Positions 36,092 to 45,304 of a stretch of 64,000 nt of DNA are shown in pieces. Where the stretch lies: contig DATJOW010000017.1 of assembly GCA_035506715.1 (NCBI GenBank), positions 14,078 through 78,077 of the forward strand. Direction: 5' to 3'. Below the pieces are notes generated by a model. It saw only the letters and a program-made list of their open reading frames with translations. It was not told the origin of the DNA and ran no database searches. This DNA is from Candidatus Acidiferrum sp. Lineage in GTDB: Bacteria > Verrucomicrobiota > Verrucomicrobiia > Limisphaerales > UBA11358. Each line of letters opens with the position of its first letter. Positions within the stretch are counted from its first letter, which is position 1. Made by a program: the position numbers and the translations under genes.

Positions 36092-37565
36092 GGCTTTTCA
36101 ACTCAAAGACGTGGTATTGCCACGGAGCCACATCCAGATAGAGCCCGCGGGATTGCAGTTCGGTTCCATCGCGCTCGTAAACGGCATCGCTCAACAAATC
36201 GCGCAATCGCCAGGGTGTGCCGCCGAGGTCGGCAAAGGGGAGACGGACATAACCCTGGCTGGCATGACCGGCATAATTGACGCAGGCAATCAGGCGTTCG
36301 CCGCCGGCCTTTTGCCAGGCAAAAACGATAAAGGCGTCGGACGAGCCGTTGCCCTCCCAGGCGGGGGCAGATTCGAGCAATTGCCATTGGCCCTGCCGGA
36401 CGACCGGCCGGCGCAAGATTTCGAGCAGCCGGGCGTAGAACAATTTCAAATCGCCGTTGACGGCTTCCTGCGGCGCGCGGACGAGATGCGGCGAAATCCG
36501 TTTGCGGCGTCCGTCGAATTGTCCCTGATGAAAGAAACGCAGGCCGGGCGAGAGAAAAGTGATGACGGCAGCGGCGCGATGAACTTCATCGGCAAAAGCG
36601 GCGGCGGCGCGAGGCTCATCGTGGTTTTCGAGAAACCGGGCGAGTTTGTTCTGGTAATCCGGCGCGGCGCGGAAATGCTCGCGCACCGGCCGCGCGCGGC
36701 CTTCGCGGAGGCGGTCGTACAGCCGCTTGTCGTAAGTGTAATCGAACCCCTGTTGTTGCAGTGTCCATTCCAAATCCCAATACACTTCGGCCATGAAGCA
36801 AAACTCCGGTACCTGTTCCCGCACCCGCCGGGTGGCGTCCGGCCAGAAGGCTCTGGCCGGTTTGCCCCAGGTCCGCTCGAAGACTTCCGGCAAGACCAGC
36901 ATGGCCATGTCGCAGCGCACGCCGTCGCACTGGCCGGCGATCTTCAACAACTCGCCGGTCATGGCTTCCGTCGTTGCAAGCTCGGCGTAGTTGAGCTGCA
37001 AGGTGTCCGGCCAGCCGGGGAAATACGGATCGCGCCCGTGGGCCAGCAGCAAGTCTCCGCGCTGGCGCTTGACCCAGGTGTAGTTTTGCGGCGACCGCGC
37101 CAGATCAAGCTCCGTCCCCGAAACATAATACTCGGGATGTTCCTCAACCCATGGATGGTCCAGGCCGGTGTGATTGGGCACGAAATCGAGCATCAGTTTC
37201 AGGCCGCGCTGGCGCAGCCGTTCACGCAGGCGCGCGAGCGCCGCGCCGCCGCCGAGGTTTCGCCCCACGGTGTAGCCAGTGATGGCAAACCCGGAACCGG
37301 CGATGTCGTCCTCGCGCAAATCGGGAAGCGTTTCCTCAAATTCCCTCCGCCATTCCGGATGGTTCCGGGAAATTTCCCGTCCGGCCCGGCCGGTCTGCCA
37401 GACGCTCAGCAACCAGACCCAGTCAAAACCAGCGTTGGCGAGCTGATCCAGTTCGGCGTCGGGCACATCCTCGAGCGTCGCCGGGCGGCGGAGGCTGCGC
37501 GAGAGTTCCGTGAGCCACACGCGGGTGTTGATTTGGAACAGCGAAGGGTATCGAACGGTCGTCAT
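36081..37565 (-). CDS. GH13 alpha-amylase-family glycoside hydrolase (cytoplasmic)
   Basis: GH13 regions I-IV: LDFVPNHTG, DGVRCDMA, FCFMAEVYWD, FLENHDEPR. No signal peptide. Overlaps neighbouring genes at both ends. Confidence 0.85.
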   Translation of the reverse strand: MTTVRYPSLFQINTRVWLTELSRSLRRPATLEDVPDAELDQLANAGFDWVWLLSVWQTGRAGREISRNHPEWRREFEETLPDLREDDIAGSGFAITGYTVGRNLGGGAALARLRERLRQRGLKLMLDFVPNHTGLDHPWVEEHPEYYVSGTELDLARSPQNYTWVKRQRGDLLLAHGRDPYFPGWPDTLQLNYAELATTEAMTGELLKIAGQCDGVRCDMAMLVLPEVFERTWGKPARAFWPDATRRVREQVPEFCFMAEVYWDLEWTLQQQGFDYTYDKRLYDRLREGRARPVREHFRAAPDYQNKLARFLENHDEPRAAAAFADEVHRAAAVITFLSPGLRFFHQGQFDGRRKRISPHLVRAPQEAVNGDLKLFYARLLEILRRPVVRQGQWQLLESAPAWEGNGSSDAFIVFAWQKAGGERLIACVNYAGHASQGYVRLPFADLGGTPWRLRDLLSDAVYERDGTELQSRGLYLDVAPWQYHVFELKSHGE

Positions 37566-40330
37566 TTGCCGGGTTCGGCGGCGGCTTGGGGATTGCGCGG
37601 ACGTTTTGCCGGTTTCTCCAGTTCCACCACCGCGGCAATTTTGCCGTGTTCGAGCACTTGTTCCGCGCTGGTGGTGGCGAACAGGTGCATGGCGCGGGCG
37701 ATGACTCCGGTCCAGCCCGTCTGGTGGCTGGCCCCCAGGCCGGCGCCGTTGTCGCCGTGGAAATATTCGTAGAACAGGATGAGGTCGCGCCAGTGCGGGT
37801 CATCCTGGAATTTTCGCTCGCCATCGTTCACGGGGCGGCGGCCATTTTTGTCCTTCAGAAAAATGCCGCCCAGCCGGCGCGAAATTTCCTCGGCGACCTG
37901 ATACAGGTTCATCTGCCGGCCGGAGCCGGTGGGACATTCGACGGTAAAGCCGTTGCCGAAGAAGGCGTAGTACTGGAGCAGCGCCCGGATGATCAGCCCG
38001 TTCACCGGCATCCAGATGGGACCGCGCCAGTTCGAGTTGCCGCCGAACATGCCGGTGTCGGATTCGCCCGGCACGTAGGCAACGCGAAATTCCTGTCCGT
38101 TGACATTGAAAACGTAGGGATGGTCGGCATGGAACCGCGAGAGCGAGCGAATGCCATAGGGACTGAGGAATTCCTTTTCATCGAGCATCTTTGCCAGCAC
38201 GCGCCGGAGCTTGTTTTCGTCGAGGATCGCGCCGAGCCGTCGGCCGGCCTGCCCAACTCTGCCCGGATCATGGATGAAAGTTCTCAATTCCGGACGCGCC
38301 GCGATGAAATCCGCGAAGCGTTGCATGAATTCCGGATATTTTTCCCGAAATTTACCTTCGAACACTGTGACGGCACAGAAGGGCAAAAGCCCGACCATGG
38401 ACCGGACCTTCAATCGCTGGGCCTGGCCATCCGGCAATTGGAGCACGTCATAGAAAAAGCCGTCTTCCTCATCCCACATGCCGGTGTCACTTCCGGCATG
38501 GATGGTGGCCGAGGCAATGGAGACAAAATGTTGGACGAACTTGACGACCATGTCGGCATAGGTCGCCTTGTGCATGGCCAGTTCCGTCGCGATCTCCAGC
38601 ATGTTCAGGCTGAACAGAGTCATCCACGCCGTGCCATCGGCCTGCTCGAGGTAGCCGCCGGTCGGCAGCGGCGCGCTGCGGTCGAAGACCCCGATGTTAT
38701 CGAGCCCGAGGAATCCGCCCTCGAAGGTGTTTTTGCCGGAGCGGTCCTTGCGGTTGAGCCACCAGGTAAAATTCAGCAGCAGCTTCTGGAAACTGCGTTC
38801 CAGCCATTCGATGTCGCCCTGGCCCGTGCGCGCCTTTTCCAGGCGATACGTAAAAATGGTGGCCCAGGGATGCACGGGGGGATTGACATCGCCAAAATTC
38901 CATTCGTAGGCGGGAATCTGGCCGTTCGGGTGGAGATAGGTCTCGCGCAGCATGAGGTCGAGTTGTTGCTTGCCAAAATCCACATCCACCAGTGTCAGCG
39001 GCAGGACATGGAACGCAAGGTCCCACGCGGCATACCAGGGATATTCCCACTTGTCCGGCATGGAGATGACATCGGCATTGTACATGTGATGCCATTGTCC
39101 GTTGCGCGGCGCGGCCTTGCTCGACGGCGTGTACGGGTCGCTCCCCCGCTCCTCGAGCCAGCGGTTCACGTCGAAATAATAATACTGTTTGGACCACAGC
39201 ATCCCGGCCAGCGCCTGGCGCATGACGTTGGCCTGGTCGGCATCGAGCGAACTGGGAATGACCGAGGCATAGAACTCGTCGGCTTCCTGCCGGCGCGCCT
39301 GCATGATTCCGTCAAAATGTTTGCCGAAGGCGCAATTGTCTTTGCCATAAGTTTGCTCCACGGCCGCCGGCACCACCGTAGTCAGCCGCAACCGGACGAC
39401 CTCGACTTTGCCGGCCGGCACCGTCAGGCGGTAATGCGCCGCAGCCTTGGTGCCGGTTTGCTTCGGATTCACGGCTTTGCCCTGCTTGTGGACGACGTAG
39501 TTGTTGAAGGCGTCCTTGACAAACGGGGTCCGGTTTTCGCCGCCGAACAACTTTTTCGCGTTGGTTTCGTTTTCCGCGAACAGCAGCGCCGCCTTGCCGT
39601 CGCAGTAGAGATAGCGCTCGCCCAAATCAGGCTCGGCGGCCTGGACCACGGCGGATTTGCCGGCCATGGCTTTCAAAAACGGCCGGGGATTGTCCTGTCC
39701 CCATGACCAGCGGTTGCGGAACCAGAGCGTCGGCAGCAGATGAATCTCCGCCGGGTTTGGCCCGCGGTTGTGGACGCTGATCTGGATCAGGATGTCCTCG
39801 GGCGATTCCTTGGCATATTCCACAAACACGTCAAAGTAACGGTCCCGGTCAAATACGCCGGTGTTCAGGAGTTCATATTCAAATTCCTGGCGGCCCCGGT
39901 TGCGGTTGGTGTGGACGATTTGATCGTAAGGATAGGCGTCCTGGGGATACTTGTAGAGCCACTTCATGTAGGAGTGCGTCGGCGTACTGTCGAGGTAGAA
40001 ATAATATTCCTTCACGTCCTCGCCGTGGTTGCCTTCGCTGTTGGTCAGACCGAACAAGCGCTCCTTGATGATGGGATCCTTGCCATTCCAGAGCGCCAGC
40101 GCAAAACAAAGCCGCTGCCGGTCATCCGAAATACCCGCCAGACCGTCCTCGCCCCAGTGGTAGGCGCGCGCGCGGGCCTGGTCATGGCTGAAATACTCCC
40201 AGGCGTTGCCGTTGTCACTGTAATCTTCGCGCACGGTGCCCCACTGGCGTTCGCTCAGGTAGGGGCCCCATTTTTTCCACGCGGCTTTCTGTCCGCGCGC
40301 TTCTGCAAGCCGGACTTCCTCTGCGTTCAT
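37562..40330 (-). CDS. GH63-like (MGH1/YgjK-type) glucosidase, cytoplasmic
   Basis: Conserved N-terminus WKKWGPYLSERQWGTVREDYSDNGNAWEYFSHDQARARAYHWGEDGLAGISD. (alpha/alpha)6-type C-terminal half. 922 aa. AAGGAG sits 8 nt upstream of the ATG. Confidence 0.8.
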   Translation of the reverse strand: MNAEEVRLAEARGQKAAWKKWGPYLSERQWGTVREDYSDNGNAWEYFSHDQARARAYHWGEDGLAGISDDRQRLCFALALWNGKDPIIKERLFGLTNSEGNHGEDVKEYYFYLDSTPTHSYMKWLYKYPQDAYPYDQIVHTNRNRGRQEFEYELLNTGVFDRDRYFDVFVEYAKESPEDILIQISVHNRGPNPAEIHLLPTLWFRNRWSWGQDNPRPFLKAMAGKSAVVQAAEPDLGERYLYCDGKAALLFAENETNAKKLFGGENRTPFVKDAFNNYVVHKQGKAVNPKQTGTKAAAHYRLTVPAGKVEVVRLRLTTVVPAAVEQTYGKDNCAFGKHFDGIMQARRQEADEFYASVIPSSLDADQANVMRQALAGMLWSKQYYYFDVNRWLEERGSDPYTPSSKAAPRNGQWHHMYNADVISMPDKWEYPWYAAWDLAFHVLPLTLVDVDFGKQQLDLMLRETYLHPNGQIPAYEWNFGDVNPPVHPWATIFTYRLEKARTGQGDIEWLERSFQKLLLNFTWWLNRKDRSGKNTFEGGFLGLDNIGVFDRSAPLPTGGYLEQADGTAWMTLFSLNMLEIATELAMHKATYADMVVKFVQHFVSIASATIHAGSDTGMWDEEDGFFYDVLQLPDGQAQRLKVRSMVGLLPFCAVTVFEGKFREKYPEFMQRFADFIAARPELRTFIHDPGRVGQAGRRLGAILDENKLRRVLAKMLDEKEFLSPYGIRSLSRFHADHPYVFNVNGQEFRVAYVPGESDTGMFGGNSNWRGPIWMPVNGLIIRALLQYYAFFGNGFTVECPTGSGRQMNLYQVAEEISRRLGGIFLKDKNGRRPVNDGERKFQDDPHWRDLILFYEYFHGDNGAGLGASHQTGWTGVIARAMHLFATTSAEQVLEHGKIAAVVELEKPAKRPRNPQAAAEPGK

Positions 40331-40378
40331 ATCTGTTCTCCTTTGTTGGCTACGATGATTCCGCCCGGCAGGGATCGC

Positions 40379-40987
40379 CTACTTCAGCCCCAACATGCCT
40401 GTCTGGAGGTCCTTGGTCGGCGGCTTGGGACCCAGCCAGATCGAGAAGACGGCCTCGGCAAATCCCTTGCCTTCAAAAGTGCCCAGGCCCTTGTCTCCGG
40501 CCTTCAGGGTGGTCCCTTTCCCGGGAACATACACAAATGTCAGCGTGTCGCCTTCCTTCACTTCGGGAACCAGCGCCAGCAACTGGTCAAACGCGGGCTT
40601 TTGGCCGGCCTTGTCCTTGGCGTTCGCCTCGAAGCCTTCCTGAAACCCGTCAACGAGTTGTTTCTTCGACAGGCTGCGCACGTAATGCATGCAGATGGCC
40701 TTCGCCTGATCGGCAGCGAGGATTTGTTCCGCATCCTTGGAGGCCGTCTCGACGTAGAGACCGCCCACGTAAACTTTGACAAAGGACTTCTTTCTCAGGC
40801 CCAGGCCATTCAGTTTGAGCGTTTTTCCGCCGGCGCTCAGCGTGTCGGGCAGCGTGACGCCCGCCAGTTCGGCGGCCCGGGCAGACCCGCCGAGCAGGGA
40901 CGCGGCCAGCACGACCAGCAGGGCGCGACAAATAAGCGATCGTTTTGCAGACGAGTTGGAGTTGATGAACGCAGATTCAGTATTCAT
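40379..40987 (-). CDS. Secreted chalcone-isomerase-like family protein
   Basis: Signal peptide, then VTLPDTLSAGGKTLKLNGLGLRKKSFVKVYVGGLYVE, characteristic of bacterial CHI-like proteins (from memory). Confidence 0.65.
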   Translation of the reverse strand: MNTESAFINSNSSAKRSLICRALLVVLAASLLGGSARAAELAGVTLPDTLSAGGKTLKLNGLGLRKKSFVKVYVGGLYVETASKDAEQILAADQAKAICMHYVRSLSKKQLVDGFQEGFEANAKDKAGQKPAFDQLLALVPEVKEGDTLTFVYVPGKGTTLKAGDKGLGTFEGKGFAEAVFSIWLGPKPPTKDLQTGMLGLK

Positions 40988-41026
40988 GGTTTTGGGTGGT
41001 GCATGGTTGATCTTAGTGCCAGTCCT

Positions 41027-41842
41027 TCAGTATTTCTCCGGCACAAATCTCCGGCCTTTGAGCGCAGCCTGGTCATCATAGGCTTCCTTCATCGCTCGCT
41101 TCGGCAGCTTGATCTTCTCGCGGGGCACCTTCTGGTAGGGGACGAGTTTGAGCAAGTGGGCAATGCAGTTCAGGCGGGCGCGCTTTTTATCGTCCGACCG
41201 CAGGATGTGCCACGGGGCCCACTTGGTGTCGGTCGCTTTCAGCATCTGGTCGCGGGCGCGCGAGTACTCAAACCATTTGCTGCGCGACGGCAGGTCCATG
41301 GGACTGAGCTTCCACTGGCGCAGCGGGTCGGTAATTCGCGCCTCGAAGCGGCGCCGCTGCTCCTGGTCGCTGACTTCAAGCCAGAATTTGATGAGCTTGA
41401 TGCCGGCGTTCGTGATAAAACGCTCAACCACCGGGCATAGCTCGAGGAAATGCCGGTGTTGCTCCTTGCTGCAAAAACCCATCACGTGCTCGACCCCGGC
41501 GCGGTTGTACCAACTGCGGTCGAAGATGACGATTTCGCCGGCCGCCGGGAAATGCTGCATGTACCGCTGCATGTACATCTGGGATTTCTCGCGGTCCGAC
41601 GGCGCGGGCAGCGCAACGACGCGAAAGACGCGCGGGCTGACGCGCTCAGTGATGGCGCGGATAGTGCCGCCCTTGCCGGCGCCGTCGCGGCCTTCAAAAA
41701 TGATGATCACGCGCAGTCCTTCGTGTTTGACCCACTCCTGCAAATGGCATAGCTCCGCCTGCAACCGGCGCAGTTGTTTCTCGTATTTCCGGGCCTTCAA
41801 TTTTTCGGTACCCTTTGATTTTTCTCTGTTTTTTTTGCTCAT
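41027..41842 (-). CDS. ppk2: Polyphosphate kinase 2 family protein
   Basis: IIFEGRDGAGKGGTI Walker A, FDRSWYNR, lid region. 271 aa, single PPK2 domain. Confidence 0.9.
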   Translation of the reverse strand: MSKKNREKSKGTEKLKARKYEKQLRRLQAELCHLQEWVKHEGLRVIIIFEGRDGAGKGGTIRAITERVSPRVFRVVALPAPSDREKSQMYMQRYMQHFPAAGEIVIFDRSWYNRAGVEHVMGFCSKEQHRHFLELCPVVERFITNAGIKLIKFWLEVSDQEQRRRFEARITDPLRQWKLSPMDLPSRSKWFEYSRARDQMLKATDTKWAPWHILRSDDKKRARLNCIAHLLKLVPYQKVPREKIKLPKRAMKEAYDDQAALKGRRFVPEKY

Positions 41843-41859
41843 ATGACCTCTTGGGATGA

Positions 41860-42390
41860 CTATTTGGTCTGCGACTTCGAGGGGGAACCCGGCGCGAGGC
41901 TGGGCAGGTTCGAGGCGATCGCCAAATCAATGTAGATGGCAATTTGGTTTTCGATCTGAAGGAACTGGGCCGCCCGCATCGGGGAAACCGACCGGCTGAT
42001 TCTCCGGTGGTATTTTTTCCAGAGTTTGGTGTGGTCCTCGAGGTTGCGGAGCCATTTTTCCGCCAGAACCTTCGCCGTTTCATCCGTGAACGTGTTATGG
42101 TTGTAGTCGCTGGCAAATTCCCGGGCCAGTTCCAGCTTGCGGTCGCCGATCACGGCGAGCTCCTTCTCATAGGCGCGATAAATGGGCCAGAACTTGTCCG
42201 CCTCCGCCGGCGTCAGGTTGAGCACCTGGCTGATGACCGCAACCTTGTTGGTGTTGAATTCCGAACGCAACGCGTCGAAATAGGCGCGGGTATCATCGTT
42301 TAAGGCCGGCAGGACCGGTTGGGCCGGCAGCCGGGCAGATAAAAGCACGGCTCCGGCAACGAGGCAGAGATAACGAATGGCTGCATTCAT
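41860..42390 (-). CDS. Periplasmic helical protein (hypothetical)
   Basis: Signal peptide MNAAIRYLCLVAGAVLLSARLPAQ. Helical Lys/Glu-rich mature part. No family recognised. Confidence 0.5.
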   Translation of the reverse strand: MNAAIRYLCLVAGAVLLSARLPAQPVLPALNDDTRAYFDALRSEFNTNKVAVISQVLNLTPAEADKFWPIYRAYEKELAVIGDRKLELAREFASDYNHNTFTDETAKVLAEKWLRNLEDHTKLWKKYHRRISRSVSPMRAAQFLQIENQIAIYIDLAIASNLPSLAPGSPSKSQTK

Positions 42391-42409
42391 GGTTTGTTCT
42401 GGTTGATAT

Positions 42410-44395
42410 TTACTGGCGCATGACGGCAGGGGTCCCGGCCGGGGGAAACATCCGGATTAGCGCTTCCTGAACGGCCGGAACATGCAGGTTGCCGAGGTGT
42501 CCACCGGTGGGATAGACGGTGGCATTCGTGCCAAAGGTCGAGCGGAACCACTTGAAATCCGCCCGATTTAACAGGAAATCGTCCTGGCACACCTGGACTC
42601 GCACCTTGGGATTATTGGCGAGTGATGCCGTGTCCTGCGTCAGATCCGTGGCGGCGAGGAGCGCCTCCCGGTTCGTACCGCGTCCCGTTTTCACCAGGTA
42701 GGGAACCATGAATCGATCCATGTACTCGGCGTAGGAAATCCGGCGGATTTCGCGGTAGGAGGGCTGCCGGACAAACCGGTCCGGATCCACCTTGAGCACG
42801 CCCAGGTTGTCCCGTCGCTGGCTGTCCACAATGGCGCTCATCAGGGTGTAGCGGAAGGCCAGCCCGATGAGGAAACGGGACTCGTCGAGGCTGAGCGGAA
42901 TATTGCCTGACACATCAAGGCCATTCTGGGCCGAGGACTGCGTGTTGTCATCTGATTTTTCGCGGCCCTGGGCGGCAAAGTACAATGCCTTGTAGATGGC
43001 ATCCTGCATCCGTTGGCGCCGCTCAACCGCCGGCCAGTTCAAAGGCGCATTAAACAGGTCATCCAGATCTTCCAAGGCATCCGCCAGGCTCGTGGGCGGC
43101 TCCACGGCAACATAGCGGTCAAAACTCAGGCCGTTCAGCTCCCCGGCGGCTTCGCGGGCGGCGATCATCAAGGTAAAATAGCCCCCGTACGAAACTCCGC
43201 TCAGACTGGTTCCAGTGATCTTGTCCCCTTTCCGTTTCCGGAGGTCGGCCAGGACCAGCCGGAGGGCGTTGATCACGTCGTCGCAATCCGCCGGGCCATA
43301 ACCCGGAATCGCCATCGTTGAGCCGTGGTCCATGAACTCCTGCTGGAACGGATTCGAGAAGGTGACGACGGAATAGCCGCGCCGGTAGAGCATATCCGCA
43401 TAGGCCAGCGTGGAACGGTCCAATCGATAGGACCCCAAGCCGGGAAGATAGCACACCAGCGGCGCCGGCTTCTTCTGCATCCAGCAGGAGTAGGCCAGTT
43501 TTTTTCCGGTGGCCGGCACCCGCACTTTGTAGGTGTCCGCCTTTTCAGCAAACCGGGGTGTCTGCGGCTTGAAAAAAACCGCACCGACGGTTGGATCGGG
43601 CTTTTCGCCCGGTTCATAGCGCGGCAGGTAATCCAGGACCAGCCGCTGCCGGTTCAGCGAGTAGAGGGTGCGAATCGCCTGGTACGGATCCACCAGCGAA
43701 TCCAGTTGGCGTTTCAACTCGGGTGCCTGTCCGCTGAAATCATTGAAGGTGAATCCAGGCCGGAGCGCCATCGGCCAATCCTCATCGTCATAAGCAACCC
43801 CGATCCAAAAACAGATGTCCAACGGGAAATCCACAATCTTGCCCACGGCATCGCGTCCATTGCTGGGACCGATGACGGGGATCATCAGGTAGAACCAGGG
43901 TCCCGAACCCCAATGGCCGAGCGTCAGACCGAAATCCTGGTCGGACCGGCCGATCTTCCAATGGGTAGCGGGATCGAACAAGCCGCCGAGCCCGATGGTG
44001 GAATTGACGCCGAAACGTTCGGTTTCCTCCCAGGCGCCGCGCCACCTGCCCTGCAGACAGTTGTTCACCAGCCGGACCGGGTAGGTGAGATTGTGCCCGA
44101 CGTTGTAGATTCGTTTGCGGACCGGTTTGGGCGCGACCGTGCAGTACCCCACGCTCAGCGGGTAAATGACACCCCGGAACAGCACATCATTGAACGCCCA
44201 CGAGCAGCGGTTGAAACCCTCCAGCGGATCCGGCACCGCGTCGAAGTAAGGCATCTGGCCGGCGGCCAGTTGTGGCTCCGAATTGGTTGGCGCGGCAGTC
44301 TGTGCCTGGACCCTGATGCAGGTCAGGGTTGCTGCCACCGCCAAAGCAGCAAGCATGGCTTTGAGTGTGGTTGATTTCCGAACCTTGGCTTTCAT
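42410..44395 (-). CDS. Exported fusion of an MlaA/VacJ lipoprotein-like domain with an alpha/beta-hydrolase domain
   Basis: MlaA-like about aa 50-215 (DPLEGFNRCSWAFND, NLTYPVRLVNNCLQG, INSTIGLGGLFDPA). Hydrolase about aa 300-655 with a nucleophile elbow GVSYGG (Ser about aa 402, nt about 43190-43192) and a C-terminal GGHLGN His. Confidence 0.8.
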   Translation of the reverse strand: MKAKVRKSTTLKAMLAALAVAATLTCIRVQAQTAAPTNSEPQLAAGQMPYFDAVPDPLEGFNRCSWAFNDVLFRGVIYPLSVGYCTVAPKPVRKRIYNVGHNLTYPVRLVNNCLQGRWRGAWEETERFGVNSTIGLGGLFDPATHWKIGRSDQDFGLTLGHWGSGPWFYLMIPVIGPSNGRDAVGKIVDFPLDICFWIGVAYDDEDWPMALRPGFTFNDFSGQAPELKRQLDSLVDPYQAIRTLYSLNRQRLVLDYLPRYEPGEKPDPTVGAVFFKPQTPRFAEKADTYKVRVPATGKKLAYSCWMQKKPAPLVCYLPGLGSYRLDRSTLAYADMLYRRGYSVVTFSNPFQQEFMDHGSTMAIPGYGPADCDDVINALRLVLADLRKRKGDKITGTSLSGVSYGGYFTLMIAAREAAGELNGLSFDRYVAVEPPTSLADALEDLDDLFNAPLNWPAVERRQRMQDAIYKALYFAAQGREKSDDNTQSSAQNGLDVSGNIPLSLDESRFLIGLAFRYTLMSAIVDSQRRDNLGVLKVDPDRFVRQPSYREIRRISYAEYMDRFMVPYLVKTGRGTNREALLAATDLTQDTASLANNPKVRVQVCQDDFLLNRADFKWFRSTFGTNATVYPTGGHLGNLHVPAVQEALIRMFPPAGTPAVMRQ

Positions 44396-44440
44396 TTCCT
44401 TTGATTGGGTCTGGCGGTCAGGGACCGGTGCTATGGCATT

Positions 44441-45229
44441 TCAAACTTTGCCGGGCGGCGGTTCCGCCGAGGGAGGCGGCGGGACAGGTGGCGGTTCCGG
44501 TTTGACCGTAATCGTGGCGGTCGGGGTTCCGGCAGTGGGAGGGTTGGCCGGGCCACCGGTCATGGAGAGGCTGATGGAAACCGGCATCATCCGCTCGGCG
44601 ACGGAAACGGTTTTCCAATTGAAGATGATCGCCAGCAGGCGGAACACAAAGGTGGCGCCAACGGCCATCAAGCCGGCCTTTTGAAAAGACCAATCGAGGC
44701 GCATCAACATCCAGGTAAACAGGCAGGCGCCCAATACTGCCCCCAGAACGTAGAGTTGCCCGGGCTTGAACAGCAATGGCTCTTCGCGGACCAGCACGTC
44801 GCGCAGCAAGCCGCCACCGGAGGCATTGATGACGCCGACCATGATCGCCGCCACGACGGACAATCCGGCATTGAGGCATTTTTCGACTCCGACGACGGCG
44901 TAGGCACCCAGCCCCAGCGCGTCTGCCAGCAGAAATACTTTTTGCAGACGGTCGATCCGACGGCTGAACGCAGCCGCCACGACGCACCCCGCCAAGACGA
45001 CGTATAGGTAACGCTCGTCCTGCATCGCCAGCGGCGGGCCGTTTTGGATGAAGATGCTGTCACGGATCAAGCCTCCTCCCAGGCCCGTCACCAGCGCCAG
45101 AACGAACAGGCCGACAATGTCATAATTTCGGCGGATGGCCACCAGCGCCCCGCTCAGCGCGTAAAGGAACGTGGCGCCGAGATCGAAGTAAATCGGCAGG
45201 ATAAACTGGCCTTTGAGTTCAACCGTCAT
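44441..45229 (-). CDS. TRIC / UPF0126 family cation-channel-like membrane protein with Pro-rich tail
   Basis: ATG at 45229 verified. Duplicated UPF0126 motif (LYALSGALVAIRRNYDIVGLFVLALVTGLGGGLIRD; second copy AAIMVGVINASGGGLLRD). Confidence 0.8.
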   Translation of the reverse strand: MTVELKGQFILPIYFDLGATFLYALSGALVAIRRNYDIVGLFVLALVTGLGGGLIRDSIFIQNGPPLAMQDERYLYVVLAGCVVAAAFSRRIDRLQKVFLLADALGLGAYAVVGVEKCLNAGLSVVAAIMVGVINASGGGLLRDVLVREEPLLFKPGQLYVLGAVLGACLFTWMLMRLDWSFQKAGLMAVGATFVFRLLAIIFNWKTVSVAERMMPVSISLSMTGGPANPPTAGTPTATITVKPEPPPVPPPPSAEPPPGKV

Positions 45230-45304
45230 TGGATCTTTTGTGCCACGTCCGGAACCGCCGGGGGCGCGCGCCTTCAGCGCGCGCCCCTTCATCTCATCCG
45301 GCGA

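Noticed and set aside
37586-39706. 706-aa plus-strand ORF opposite the GH63-like gene (similar cases: 36090-37772, 50916-52472, 49141-50745, 61490-63280, 25628-26638, 30560-32137, 16709-17836, 13927-14964, 10900-11925)
   Set aside because: All are antisense to genes with strong family motifs, have Arg/Gly/His-biased composition and lack any conserved motif. They are GC-driven open frames.
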